Below are positions 1 through 9,337 of a stretch of 64,000 nucleotides of DNA, in pieces (positions within the stretch are counted from its first letter, which is position 1; the number at the start of each line of letters is the position of its first letter). The stretch is from Acidimicrobiia bacterium (lineage in GTDB: Bacteria > Actinomycetota > Acidimicrobiia > Acidimicrobiales > JBBSGY01): positions 988 through 64,987 of the forward strand of contig JBDIBA010000002.1 in NCBI GenBank assembly GCA_039812705.1, written 5' to 3'. The notes under the pieces were generated by a model. It saw only the letters and a program-made list of their open reading frames with translations, had not been told where the DNA came from and did no database searches. A program made the translations under genes and the position numbers.

Positions 1-1
1 G

Positions 2-1513
2 CAGGTTGCACAAGGGTCCAGTCTTGACGTCCATGAGCTTGATGCAGCGTCGAACAATGGTGTTGACGCAATGCGTGAACTGGTTGGTCGTGCGGCTCTG
101 GGAACGCCGGGGCGCTGGAAGGTCTACATCGTTGACGAAGTCCACATGCTTTCGACTGCGGCCTCTAACGCGCTGCTGAAAACGCTGGAAGAACCACCAG
201 CGCGCGTTGTTTTCGTGCTGGCAACGACAGATCCTCAAAAAGTTCTGCCGACTATTCGCAGCCGCACGCAGCACTTCGAGTTCAAGTTGCTTGGTTCAAC
301 CGAGCTTGAGCGCCTGGTGAACAACGCCATTAAGTCGGCAGAGTTGAATGTTCCAGATCAGGCACTCGACCTGGTGATTCGCCGTGGACGAGGTTCTGCA
401 AGAGACACCCTTTCCGCTCTTGATCAGATTGCAGCTGCCGGAATTGTTGATGACGAGTGCGACGTCATGGACGAAATCACCGAAGCGCTTATCGAAAATG
501 ACTCGGGACGCGCGCTTGTTTCTGTTGCGGGCGCAATCAAACAAGGTGTCACGCCGCAACGCATTGCGACTGACTTGTTGGAGTACTTGCGCAACGGTTT
601 TCTTGCATTGATGGCGCGCAATCTTGTTGGGCTCACTGACGATCAAGCAGAACGTGTTGAAGATCAGGCACGTCGTTTAGGTGCTCCTGGTGTTGTTCGC
701 TCGATGGAGGTGGTTGGTGAGGCGCTCCAATCAATGCGAGACACCTTGGAGCCAAGGGTTGATCTTGAAGTCGCCGTCGTTCGTTTGACGAAGCCAGAGC
801 TCAGTGCTGACCCCGCTGCGCTGTTAGTGCGCATTGAACAGTTGGAAAAACAGCTTGCGGCTGGTGTTCCTGCGCCTAGTCAAGCCGTCAGCACGCCATC
901 TCGGGATGAACGGCCTGCAACGCCTGAACCAGCGGCGCCAACCCATCCAGCCCCGAGCAGCTCGCCGGCGCCTGCATCACTTGGCTCATTGCGGCGCAGT
1001 GGTCGTGGATCTCAGCAGACGGCCAAGCAGAGTGCGCCTTCCGGCGGGCCGCGTCCCCAGCAGGCACCGGCCGCTCAGTCAGCAACTGCAGCATCGGAGA
1101 ATGGTCAGACGACGGGGCCGATGGATGTTGGCGTTGTCACTGCCGCATGGGAATCCAGCATTGGACCAAACCTTGCGCAAAAAGCGCGCGCACGCTTCAA
1201 GGCGGGGCGAATCACGAACGTCGCAAGCAACACCGTGACGTTTTCATTTCCAAACTTTGCGCACCGCACGCGCTGTGAAGAAGTGCAGAACGACGTTGCT
1301 GCGGCATTCACACAACATTTTGGACGCCCGGTGACATTGGTGTTGTCCGACGATGAAAGCCATCAGTCGACCGCAGTTGCAGAGAAGCAGGTTCCCAACA
1401 CGCACGACGACATGGTCGATGTTGCAGACACCATCGTGGCAGACGACGCGCGAGAGTTCTCTGTAGAAGAACGCATTCGCGCAGCATTTCCAGGCAGTGA
1501 AGAGGTCAAGTAA
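2..1513 (+). CDS. dnaX: DNA polymerase III subunit gamma/tau, 5'-truncated by window edge
   Basis: The frame is open from base 2 and reads [21 protein letters not shown] before the listed Met at 71. It continues with [11 protein letters not shown] and LLKTLEEPP (clamp-loader box motifs) and a Pro/Ala/Ser/Gln-rich linker in the C-terminal half. Confidence 0.9.
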   Translation, partial: QVAQGSSLDVHELDAASNNGVDAMRELVGRAALGTPGRWKVYIVDEVHMLSTAASNALLKTLEEPPARVVFVLATTDPQKVLPTIRSRTQHFEFKLLGSTELERLVNNAIKSAELNVPDQALDLVIRRGRGSARDTLSALDQIAAAGIVDDECDVMDEITEALIENDSGRALVSVAGAIKQGVTPQRIATDLLEYLRNGFLALMARNLVGLTDDQAERVEDQARRLGAPGVVRSMEVVGEALQSMRDTLEPRVDLEVAVVRLTKPELSADPAALLVRIEQLEKQLAAGVPAPSQAVSTPSRDERPATPEPAAPTHPAPSSSPAPASLGSLRRSGRGSQQTAKQSAPSGGPRPQQAPAAQSATAASENGQTTGPMDVGVVTAAWESSIGPNLAQKARARFKAGRITNVASNTVTFSFPNFAHRTRCEEVQNDVAAAFTQHFGRPVTLVLSDDESHQSTAVAEKQVPNTHDDMVDVADTIVADDAREFSVEERIRAAFPGSEEVK

Positions 1514-2118
1514 TGGCCAGTTACCCGCCAGCGGTTCAGAGTCTGATTGACGAGTTCGGAAGACTTCCGGGAATTGGCCCCAAATCTGCGCAGCGCATTG
1601 CGTTTCACATGTTGAAGTTGCCCCTGCTTGACGCTCAGCGTTTGGCGCAGTCAATTATGGAGGCAAAGGAAAAGGTCGCGTTCTGTGAGCGATGTTTCAA
1701 TGTTTCCGAGAACAATTTGTGCGACATCTGCGCCGACGCACGCCGCGACAACCACATTGTTTGTGTTGTTGAGGACTCCAAAGATGTGGTTGCTGTTGAG
1801 CGCACAAACGAGTACCGCGGCAAGTATCACGTGTTGCAAGGCGCCATCAATCCAATTGAGGGTATTGGCCCCGACCAGCTTCGCGTTAAGGAATTGCTTG
1901 CGCGTGTTGAACCCGAAGAGATCAAGGAAATCATTCTCTGCACCAACCCAAACCTTGAGGGTGAAGCAACTGCCATGTATTTGGCGCGTTTGTTTGGCCC
2001 GCTTGGCCTTTCGGTGACACGCGTGGCATCGGGCCTTCCAGTTGGTGGTGACCTTGAGTACGCAGATGAGTTGACTTTGGGTAGGGCGCTTGAAGGTAGA
2101 AGGTCTGTAGCGGGCTGA
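1513..2118 (+). CDS. recR: recombination protein RecR
   Basis: 201 aa. Contains [22 protein letters not shown] (HhH), the CxxC...CxxC zinc finger ([16 protein letters not shown]) and a Toprim-like [10 protein letters not shown]. The start overlaps the dnaX stop (TAATG). Confidence 0.95.
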   Translation: MASYPPAVQSLIDEFGRLPGIGPKSAQRIAFHMLKLPLLDAQRLAQSIMEAKEKVAFCERCFNVSENNLCDICADARRDNHIVCVVEDSKDVVAVERTNEYRGKYHVLQGAINPIEGIGPDQLRVKELLARVEPEEIKEIILCTNPNLEGEATAMYLARLFGPLGLSVTRVASGLPVGGDLEYADELTLGRALEGRRSVAG

Positions 2119-2134
2119 CGTTGAAAGGCATGCG

Positions 2135-3010
2135 GTGATTGTTCATCTGATTGACGGCACTTATGAATTGTTCCGACAGTTCTTTGGCAGACCGGGTCAC
2201 ATTGCACCGCACGGTCACGATGTCGGCGCGATGCGAGGCGTATTGCAGTCGACCCTTGCGCTTATCGAGCAGGGTGCAACTCACTTAGGTGTTGCAACTG
2301 ACCATGTAATTGAGTCGTTTCGCAACGAGTTGTTCGACGGTTACAAGTCTGGTGACGGAATTGACCCCGCATTGTTGTGGCAGTTTCATCCGCTGGAAGA
2401 AGGACTGCAGCTGATGGGTGTTACCACTTGGCCATCGATCAAGGTTGAGGCTGACGATTCATTGGCGTCGGCTGCATTGATTGCCCAACAAGACAGCCGC
2501 GTCAAACAAGTGCGCATCCTGAGTCCCGACAAGGACTTGGCGCAGTGCGTCAATGGGTCTGCGGTGGTGCAAGTCGATCGACGCAAAGACGTTGTTTTCG
2601 ATGAAGGCGCCGTGATTGAAAAGTTTGGAGTCTTGCCAACATCAATTCCTGATTACTTGGCCCTCGTTGGTGATTCCGCGGATGGCTACCCCGGCATTGC
2701 AGGCTTTGGCGCCAAATCGACAGCCACTCTGTTGATGCAGTTCAAGACAATTGAAGCTATTCCTCAAGATGTTTCACAGTGGGGTGCGGTTCGTGGCGCT
2801 GCAAAGTTGTCCGAGAATCTGCAAGCCAACTACCAAGACGCACTGTTGTTCAAGGAGCTTGCAACCCTTCGCACTCAACCACCCGTTATTGACAGCGTCG
2901 ATGAGCTGGCATGGCGAGGCCCGACTGACGCGTTTAGCGAGTGGTGCGAACGTCACGATGCGACGGCCATTTGCAAACGCGCGACAAAACTTGCCGAGAA
3001 AGTTCTCTAA
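2135..3010 (+). CDS. stand-alone 5'-3' exonuclease (FEN / Pol I N-terminal domain-like)
   Basis: 291 aa with a GTG start. Has MIVHLIDGTYELFR at the N-terminus and the H3TH-type motif LVGDSADGYPGIAGFGAKSTATLL. Confidence 0.85.
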   Translation: MIVHLIDGTYELFRQFFGRPGHIAPHGHDVGAMRGVLQSTLALIEQGATHLGVATDHVIESFRNELFDGYKSGDGIDPALLWQFHPLEEGLQLMGVTTWPSIKVEADDSLASAALIAQQDSRVKQVRILSPDKDLAQCVNGSAVVQVDRRKDVVFDEGAVIEKFGVLPTSIPDYLALVGDSADGYPGIAGFGAKSTATLLMQFKTIEAIPQDVSQWGAVRGAAKLSENLQANYQDALLFKELATLRTQPPVIDSVDELAWRGPTDAFSEWCERHDATAICKRATKLAEKVL

Positions 3011-3661
3011 TCAGCTGAGGCTTTGATCGGCGCAGCTTGCGATGGTCGAGCGCAAGCTGGGGTTGATTTCCGAACGTGGTCGCGTCAAAGCCTGTTGATT
3101 TGCCGTGTTAACCCACTTGTGTGACAACGATCCATCCTGCTTCCTTGTCAGTTCAAGTGACTTGGCAAAGCAGCGACCCGAAACGTTGTAAATCATGTAC
3201 GTGCGAGTGCTGTTATTACTTCCGAGAGACGGCGCATCTTTGACGCGGTTGCCAGAACTTGCGTCGAGTAGGTAAAAGTCCCTTGCGGTTTCAGGTCGTG
3301 CTTGGTTTTCAAGAACTTGGACCTTGCCATCGCTGTCAATTGAAACCGTAAGAGGTGGATAGTCGGAGATCTGCTTGGCAACGCTGTTGCGCGGCGCGCT
3401 GCGTTGTTTGTCTTGATCGGCCTGCTGCTGGTTTGTGGTTGTAGTGGTGCCCGGCTGCTGGTTCTCGCTTTGAGACGATCCTGGTCGCGGAGCGTTGCCT
3501 TGTGCGGAACTGTTATCCCTGTCCCAGGAGCTTGTGGCTAACCAACCGATGAATCCGGCCGCTAGCGCTGCGCCAATGCTCCGCCACCTTACGATGGCGT
3601 TGCGTTTTTCGTTTGCCGGGCGCTTCCCTGAGCGAAATCTTGGGAGAAAGGGAAGTGGCAT
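3011..3661 (-). CDS. membrane-anchored hypothetical protein (member 3 of a tandem paralog trio)
   Basis: 216 aa with an N-terminal TM segment (IGAALAAGFIGWLAT). Shares the pattern DxDGK(V/I)...(Y/F)xDAS(S/T)G...G(R)C...C with the two upstream genes. Confidence 0.6.
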   Translation of the reverse strand: MPLPFLPRFRSGKRPANEKRNAIVRWRSIGAALAAGFIGWLATSSWDRDNSSAQGNAPRPGSSQSENQQPGTTTTTNQQQADQDKQRSAPRNSVAKQISDYPPLTVSIDSDGKVQVLENQARPETARDFYLLDASSGNRVKDAPSLGSNNSTRTYMIYNVSGRCFAKSLELTRKQDGSLSHKWVNTANQQALTRPRSEINPSLRSTIASCADQSLS

Positions 3662-3664
3662 CGG

Positions 3665-4258
3665 TCAGATTCCCAACCCGAGAGTGGATGGGTTCTGTGC
3701 GGGAATCGCAGCGGGGTGGGCCGTCGAGGTAAGTGATTGTGCCGACGGCTTTTCGAGGAGTAAACGGTTGATGGCTGGGCGACACCTGGTAATCACCGCA
3801 CGACCCGTCTTGTGAACATCGCTTGAGTTCAAGGCCCACACGGGCTGTCGTTCGACTGCGACAAATCTGAACCGGCCGTTTCCGTCGCCTTCGATCGCGA
3901 GCGTCGCACAACCGGCCTTTTCGTTGTAAAAGAAGTAAGGGCCCTTATCGTCAATGTCTGTCTTTGGACCGCGACGCAACCCGGTTTCAGCGTTGAAAAT
4001 GGTTGCGGGCCCGTAGGGAGTCTTCGCACTGACAATGCCTTTGGCGTCGACGAAGATGCGAAACGTTTGGCGCCCTTGAAGGTCTTTGATCACCTTGCCG
4101 TTCGTGCGTGCCGGAGCGGGGTCAGTGCCTCCTGAGCTAGATGATGTTGCTCGCGGCGTGGCTGGGGGTTCGTTTTGAGGCCTTCCACTGTCCATGTGTA
4201 TAGCTAGACACCCGACTAAGAGGGCCAATACGGCAGCCCCCGCGTCTCCGTTACTCAT
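3665..4258 (-). CDS. putative lipoprotein (member 2 of tandem paralog trio)
   Basis: 197 aa with a lipobox-like ALLVGC near the N-terminus. Conserved pieces are DAKGIV, FNAETG, KAGC and a later Cys (ITRC). Lies 3 nt upstream of the next gene. Confidence 0.6.
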   Translation of the reverse strand: MSNGDAGAAVLALLVGCLAIHMDSGRPQNEPPATPRATSSSSGGTDPAPARTNGKVIKDLQGRQTFRIFVDAKGIVSAKTPYGPATIFNAETGLRRGPKTDIDDKGPYFFYNEKAGCATLAIEGDGNGRFRFVAVERQPVWALNSSDVHKTGRAVITRCRPAINRLLLEKPSAQSLTSTAHPAAIPAQNPSTLGLGI

Positions 4259-4916
4259 CAGTCAAGGATCGCAAGAGGCTGTCTGTGCTTTGTGGTGTTG
4301 CAGAGCCCTTCGCGGCTGGGTGGGCGGCCTGTGCCGCTTCTACTTTCCACTGAACTTCGCAGAGGTGGCGGATCTCATCGTTGGCCGGGGTGGCCAGTTC
4401 CCAGTCTTTGAACAAGGGGGCATCGCGCAACGGACTTACCTCAGCCAGCCAATGGCCGCGCTCGTGAGGCTCGGCGTCAGCTTTGTTGTTTCCGTTCGGG
4501 ATGAAGGAAAGCCTGAAGGCCTCGGTGCACCCGCCGCGACGGTCGTAGGCAAAGAGGTCTCGGTTTTCCAGGTTGGGGGCCGAACTTGCGGGGGTGGTGG
4601 ATAGGGCAAGGCCCGTGCTCGCGTCATAGAGCTCTGCGCGTTGGGGTTTCCCGGTTTCGGGTGTGTAGTACGCGTCGATCTTGCCGTCATCGCCAAAGTG
4701 GATGGCGAACTTGTTGCCGAGTCTGTTCTCGGGCAAGTACATGTCGTCAAAACCGGCGTCCGAGCAACCGCTGGCAACGATGACCACGGCGGTTGCACCG
4801 CCCACGAGGCGCAACCCGCGTCGGCGTGCCCGAGAGGCCGCGGGGGAGATGGACGAGGACGCAAAGGTGTCGCCGATGGCCGGATAAGGATTGCGTTGCG
4901 TTCGTTTCGAAAACAT
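4251..4916 (-). CDS. putative lipoprotein (member 1 of tandem paralog trio)
   Basis: 221 aa with the signal/lipobox VVIVASGC. Conserved pieces are DDGKID, LYDASTG, RGGC and a later Cys (RHLC). There is an 8-nt overlap with the next gene. Confidence 0.65.
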   Translation of the reverse strand: MFSKRTQRNPYPAIGDTFASSSISPAASRARRRGLRLVGGATAVVIVASGCSDAGFDDMYLPENRLGNKFAIHFGDDGKIDAYYTPETGKPQRAELYDASTGLALSTTPASSAPNLENRDLFAYDRRGGCTEAFRLSFIPNGNNKADAEPHERGHWLAEVSPLRDAPLFKDWELATPANDEIRHLCEVQWKVEAAQAAHPAAKGSATPQSTDSLLRSLTDE

Positions 4917-5015
4917 CGCAGAGATCTTGGCCTGAGCTGGTCATTCAGACAACTTGAGGCGGAGTGTCCGACGAACGACCTTGGTGGCGTCGACAGGTGA
5001 GTAGCCTGCGCCCCC

Positions 5016-6572
5016 ATGAGTGAGCTGATGCGCCAACGCCTAGACGAGCTTGCAGCCAGAAAGCACGAGGCGAGAAACGCCGGTTCTGAGAAGGCTGTTC
5101 AGCGCCAACGAGACCGCGGAAAAATGACCGCGCGCGAACGAATTGACTACCTCGTTGACGAAGAGTCGTTTCAAGAGCTGGACATGTTGGCCAAGCACCG
5201 CGCGCAGGGCATGGGTATGGAAGAGAACCGGCCATACACCGATGGTGTGATTACCGGTTTTGCAACCATCCACGGCCGCAAGGTTTGCATCTACTCACAA
5301 GACTTCACGGTGGTTGGCGGCTCGCTTGGAGAAGTTGTTGCCGAAAAGATCAACAAGCTGCAAGACCTTGCGCTTGCAACAGGTTGTCCGATCATTGGCC
5401 TCAACGACTCCGGTGGTGCGCGCATTCAAGAAGGTGTCACGTCTCTAAACGGATTCGGCACAATTTTCCGACGCAACGTTCGTGCGTCGGGTGTCATTCC
5501 GCAAATCAGCGTGATCATGGGCCCAAGTGCCGGTGGGTCTGTTTACAGCCCTGCATTGACGGACTTTGTTTTCATGGTGAAGGACACGTCTTACATGTTC
5601 ATCACCGGCCCCGATGTCGTAAAGACCGTTACCGGTGAAGAGGTTTCGCAAGAACAGCTAGGCGGCGCGCAAACCCACGCCAGCAGGTCCGGTGTTGCCA
5701 CATTTGTTGCTGATAATGACGCCGAATGTCTTGACCATGTGCAGTACCTGTTGTCGTTCCTTCCGCAAAACAACCTTGATGAGCCTCCGGTTGTTCCAAC
5801 GGCAGATGACCCGCTTCGCGAATCTGAGTTGTTGCGCTCGATTGTTCCCGAGAGTCCGAACCAGCCTTATGACGTGAAGGCTGTCATTCACGAAGTCTTC
5901 GATGACGAAGAGTTTCTTGAGTATTTACCGCAGTTTGCAGGCAGTTTGGTCTGTGGTTTCGCTCGCCTTGATGGTCATGTAGTTGGCGTCCTTGGAAACC
6001 AGCCCCAAGTGCTTGCAGGCGTGTTGGACATTGATTCGTCTGAAAAAGGCGCACGATTTGTGCGCACTTGTGATGCCTTCAACATTCCAATTGTCACGTT
6101 TGTAGATGTTCCCGGCTTCTTGCCCGGAACCGACCAGGAGTACAACGGCATCATTCGTCACGGTGCGAAACTGCTTTACGCGTATTGCGAGGCAACCGTT
6201 CCGTGCATTCAGATCATCATGCGCAAGGCCTACGGCGGCGCCTACATCGTGATGAGCTCCAAGAGCATTGGCGCAGACCTTGCCTTTGCCTGGCCGACCG
6301 CAGAGATTGCAGTCATGGGTCCGCAGGGTGCCGTCGAGATTGTTTACAGGCGTGAACTAGCCGAGGCCGAAGACCCCGCATTGCGACGCACCGAGCTGAT
6401 CAATGAGTACACCGAGCGGTTTGCAACCCCTTACGTTGCGGCCGAACGCGGTTACCTTGACGACATCATTGATCCTGCCCAGACTCGCCCAACGCTGGTG
6501 CGCAGCCTGGAAATGCTGCGGTCCAAGACCGAAGAGTTCCCCAAGCGCAAGCACGGAAACATCCCGCTCTAG
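5016..6572 (+). CDS. acyl-CoA carboxylase carboxyltransferase (beta) subunit, PccB/AccD5-like
   Basis: 518 aa. Typical carboxyltransferase blocks are present: GKMTARERIDYLVDEESF, DFTVVGGSLGE, NDSGGARIQEG, GPSAGGSVYSPALTDF and MRKAYGGAYIVM. Confidence 0.9.
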   Translation: MSELMRQRLDELAARKHEARNAGSEKAVQRQRDRGKMTARERIDYLVDEESFQELDMLAKHRAQGMGMEENRPYTDGVITGFATIHGRKVCIYSQDFTVVGGSLGEVVAEKINKLQDLALATGCPIIGLNDSGGARIQEGVTSLNGFGTIFRRNVRASGVIPQISVIMGPSAGGSVYSPALTDFVFMVKDTSYMFITGPDVVKTVTGEEVSQEQLGGAQTHASRSGVATFVADNDAECLDHVQYLLSFLPQNNLDEPPVVPTADDPLRESELLRSIVPESPNQPYDVKAVIHEVFDDEEFLEYLPQFAGSLVCGFARLDGHVVGVLGNQPQVLAGVLDIDSSEKGARFVRTCDAFNIPIVTFVDVPGFLPGTDQEYNGIIRHGAKLLYAYCEATVPCIQIIMRKAYGGAYIVMSSKSIGADLAFAWPTAEIAVMGPQGAVEIVYRRELAEAEDPALRRTELINEYTERFATPYVAAERGYLDDIIDPAQTRPTLVRSLEMLRSKTEEFPKRKHGNIPL

Positions 6573-6581
6573 GATTCCTTG

Positions 6582-6815
6582 ATGGTCGCGCGCCTTGTCC
6601 TAGAAGACCAGCCAGAGCCCACCGAAGGCCCCCGTCAACCTCACCCGCGAGACATGGCGGCCATTGTTGCGGCCACCGAGGTCATGTGGCCACGTCCAAC
6701 CGTGGAAGAAGACGTCGGTCAAACGGCTGATGCCGTGTGGAAGTTTGCCAATCGTTGGTGGCATGGCGGCAGCGTTTTGCAGCGTGGCCGCCCCCGCAGA
6801 CCGTCTTCGTTTTAG
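6582..6815 (+). CDS. probable acyl-CoA carboxylase epsilon subunit
   Basis: A small ORF of about 77 aa lying 7-10 nt after the beta-subunit gene. The position is typical for actinobacterial AccE, and it is Trp-rich in the C-terminal half (MWPRP, WKFANRWWHGG). The call rests on context and composition only. Confidence 0.5.
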   Translation: MVARLVLEDQPEPTEGPRQPHPRDMAAIVAATEVMWPRPTVEEDVGQTADAVWKFANRWWHGGSVLQRGRPRRPSSF

Positions 6816-6824
6816 GCTGGGCGT

Positions 6825-7304
6825 GTGGAAATTCATGAAACGCCTTTGCCCGGAGTCGGTACGCGTTATGACTTCGAGACAAGTGACGGCAAGCAGGCAG
6901 GCGTGGTCATTCACCACACCGGCCGTCGCGAACTGATCACGTTTGACCGTCAAGACCCCGATCTGTGCCGAGACGTGGTGAACCTCAGCGAGGAAGAGGC
7001 TGAAACCCTCGCGGGTTTGTTGGGGACGGCTCGTCTGAAGGGCCCTCTCAAGCAGCTGCAACAGCGCATCGAGGGGTTGACCATTGACTGGATCCCCATC
7101 CTTGCAGGGTCAACTTTTGCGGATCGCCCGATGGGCGACACCCAGGCTCGTACCAAAACCGGGGCTTCAATTGTTGCCGTTGTTCGAGGCGATGAGCCTT
7201 TTCCATCACCCCGACCAGACTTTGTGTTCAAGGCAAATGATTTCGTGGTGGCAGTTGGCACGACAGAAGGCATTAGGGCGCTCGGCAAGATCCTGAACGG
7301 ATAA
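6825..7304 (+). CDS. cation:proton antiporter regulatory subunit (KhtT-like, RCK_C/TrkA-C domain)
   Basis: 159 aa with a GTG start. The N-terminus ETPLPGVGTRYDFETSDGKQAGVVIHHTGRRELITF resembles KhtT/YhaT. The C-terminal TrkA-C-like part reads AGSTFADRPMGDTQARTKTGASIVAVVRGDE. Confidence 0.8.
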   Translation: MEIHETPLPGVGTRYDFETSDGKQAGVVIHHTGRRELITFDRQDPDLCRDVVNLSEEEAETLAGLLGTARLKGPLKQLQQRIEGLTIDWIPILAGSTFADRPMGDTQARTKTGASIVAVVRGDEPFPSPRPDFVFKANDFVVAVGTTEGIRALGKILNG

Positions 7305-7308
7305 TTCA

Positions 7309-8490
7309 GTGCACGACATGTCGATTGCACTGATCGAGCTGGGGTTGGTCGTACTTGCGCTGGGCTTGCTCGCGCGAATTGCGCATCACTTTGGCTTGTC
7401 GCCAGTGCCCTTGTACTTGCTGGTCGGACTGGCGTTTGGCCACGGTGGAGTCCTGCCGATTGTGAAGTCAACGGAGTTCATTGAACTTGCCGCGGAAATC
7501 GGCGTCATCTTGTTGTTGTTCTTGTTGGGCCTGGAATATTCGGCCGAAGAACTTGTCAGCAGTCTCAAATCAAACAGTCCGGCGGGCCTTTTCGACTTTG
7601 TCGCAAACTTCACGCCTGGTTTCGTTGCGGGACTCTTGTTGGGTTGGAGCCCGATTACTTCGGTGGTGTTGGGCGGTGTCACATACGTTTCGTCTTCGGG
7701 AATTGTTGCCAAGACTTTGACCGACTTGGGCCGCATTGGTAACCGCGAAACTCCAACAATCCTTTCAATCCTCGTGTTCGAAGATCTGGCGATGGCGCTT
7801 TACTTGCCAATCGTTACGGGCTTGTTGATCGGCAGTGGCATTGGAACAACGTTGCGTTTGGTCGGGGTCGCACTGGCCACCGTGTGTTTGATTCTTGCTG
7901 TCGCTCTTCGTTGGGGTCACAGGTTGTCGCGCCTGATTGGCCGACCGAACGATGAAGTGTTGTTGCTGTTGGTGATGGGCACCGCTTTGCTTGTCGCCGG
8001 TTTTGCAAACGCATTGAACGTAAGTGCCGGCGTTGGCGCATTTTTGGTTGGCATTGCACTGTCGGGACCGGTTGCCCACGGCGCTCAACAGTTGCTCAGC
8101 CCGTTGCGAGACCTGTTTGCTGCTGTGTTCTTTGTCTTCTTTGGATTGCAGACAAACCCGTCCGACATACCTCCGGTGTTTGTTGTTGCACTTGCGCTGG
8201 CAATCGTTACCTCGCTGACCAAGTTTGGGACTGGCTACCTGGCAGCACGGCGCGCAGGCATTGCAAAGATGGGTTCGAAACGGGCCGGAGCCGCGCTGAT
8301 TGCCAGAGGCGAGTTCTCTGTGGTCATTGCCGGGTTGAGCGTTGCCGCCGGCGGCGAACCTGGTTTGGGGCCACTTGTTGCGGCCTACGTGATGATCCTC
8401 GCGGTCAGCGGACCAATCCTCACGCGATTCGTCGGTGTTAGACGCACGCCGGCGCCGGAAGTCGCGGCTCCTGTGTCAACCAGAACCTGA
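7309..8490 (+). CDS. CPA2-family cation:proton antiporter (KhtU/Kef-like membrane subunit)
   Basis: 393 aa and polytopic (about 11-12 hydrophobic segments), sitting immediately after the KhtT-like gene. An alternative ATG start lies at 7318. Confidence 0.85.
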   Translation: MHDMSIALIELGLVVLALGLLARIAHHFGLSPVPLYLLVGLAFGHGGVLPIVKSTEFIELAAEIGVILLLFLLGLEYSAEELVSSLKSNSPAGLFDFVANFTPGFVAGLLLGWSPITSVVLGGVTYVSSSGIVAKTLTDLGRIGNRETPTILSILVFEDLAMALYLPIVTGLLIGSGIGTTLRLVGVALATVCLILAVALRWGHRLSRLIGRPNDEVLLLLVMGTALLVAGFANALNVSAGVGAFLVGIALSGPVAHGAQQLLSPLRDLFAAVFFVFFGLQTNPSDIPPVFVVALALAIVTSLTKFGTGYLAARRAGIAKMGSKRAGAALIARGEFSVVIAGLSVAAGGEPGLGPLVAAYVMILAVSGPILTRFVGVRRTPAPEVAAPVSTRT

Positions 8491-8539
8491 CGCAGTTGGC
8501 GCGTTGAAGACCAACTGCTGGTCGGTAACAACTAGCCGG

Positions 8540-9283
8540 TTAGGACATGTCGATGTGAGCAACTTCTACTTGGCCAAGACCGTGGCCAGGGGGAGTTGCC
8601 GAGGCTCTTGCAAGTGCAGCGCGAGCCCTAACCGTGACGTCTTCGGCGTGCAGGCCGTGTGTTGGATAAGCAGCAACACCGGCAACAAGAGATTCGATTC
8701 CGTCGTTGCATTGGCTGAGTGCAATCTGGATACGTTCAGCCGTCCACACGCCGCCCTCTTCGGAAGTGTCTTCAAGGATGAGTGCGAACACGTCGTTGTC
8801 GAGGCGACACGCGATGTCTGCTTCGCGAAGGGTCTTGCGCATGATCTCGGCGAGCGATGTCAACGCCTTGTTTCGTGAAACGGCGTCTTGAGCCTCTTCG
8901 TCAAAGCCGACTTCAAGCAAGACAATGCTGACTGGCCAGAGGTGGCGGCGCGCAGCTGCAACTCGGCTTTCGACTGATGGCTCGAAGTACTTCTCGTTGG
9001 GGAATTCGGTAACGGGGTCGATGACCGAGTCCTGGTGCCCGTCTTCAAGTTGGGGCGGCTGCCAGTCGTGCGGCTGGCTTGGGTCTGTCGCGTTCGAGCG
9101 GGACATTAAGGCCAGCCACGCGACACCGGCGACCAAGAAACTGCCGGTGATCGCACAGATTGAGGCCACCACGGCGAGGATGACGTTGGTGAAAACCATT
9201 CCGGCCACACCCAGGCAAATGCCCACCATGGCAAGGATCAGGCCAGTAATAAGTCGTCCACGCATCAACCTTGTGTTCGGCAC
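8540..9283 (-). CDS. membrane-anchored degenerate GGDEF-domain protein
   Basis: 247 aa with 2 N-terminal TM segments. The GGDEF-domain blocks are DPVTEFPNEKYF and VSIVLLEVGFDEE. The active-site region reads LREADIACRLDNDVFALIL, so DNDVF replaces GG(D/E)EF while an RxxD (READ) sits at the I-site position. Confidence 0.75.
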   Translation of the reverse strand: MPNTRLMRGRLITGLILAMVGICLGVAGMVFTNVILAVVASICAITGSFLVAGVAWLALMSRSNATDPSQPHDWQPPQLEDGHQDSVIDPVTEFPNEKYFEPSVESRVAAARRHLWPVSIVLLEVGFDEEAQDAVSRNKALTSLAEIMRKTLREADIACRLDNDVFALILEDTSEEGGVWTAERIQIALSQCNDGIESLVAGVAAYPTHGLHAEDVTVRARAALARASATPPGHGLGQVEVAHIDMS

Positions 9284-9337
9284 CTTGCTCCTGAAACTAA
9301 GTGATTTGCCCTGTCAGCTGGACTTTGTCCGCCCCGT

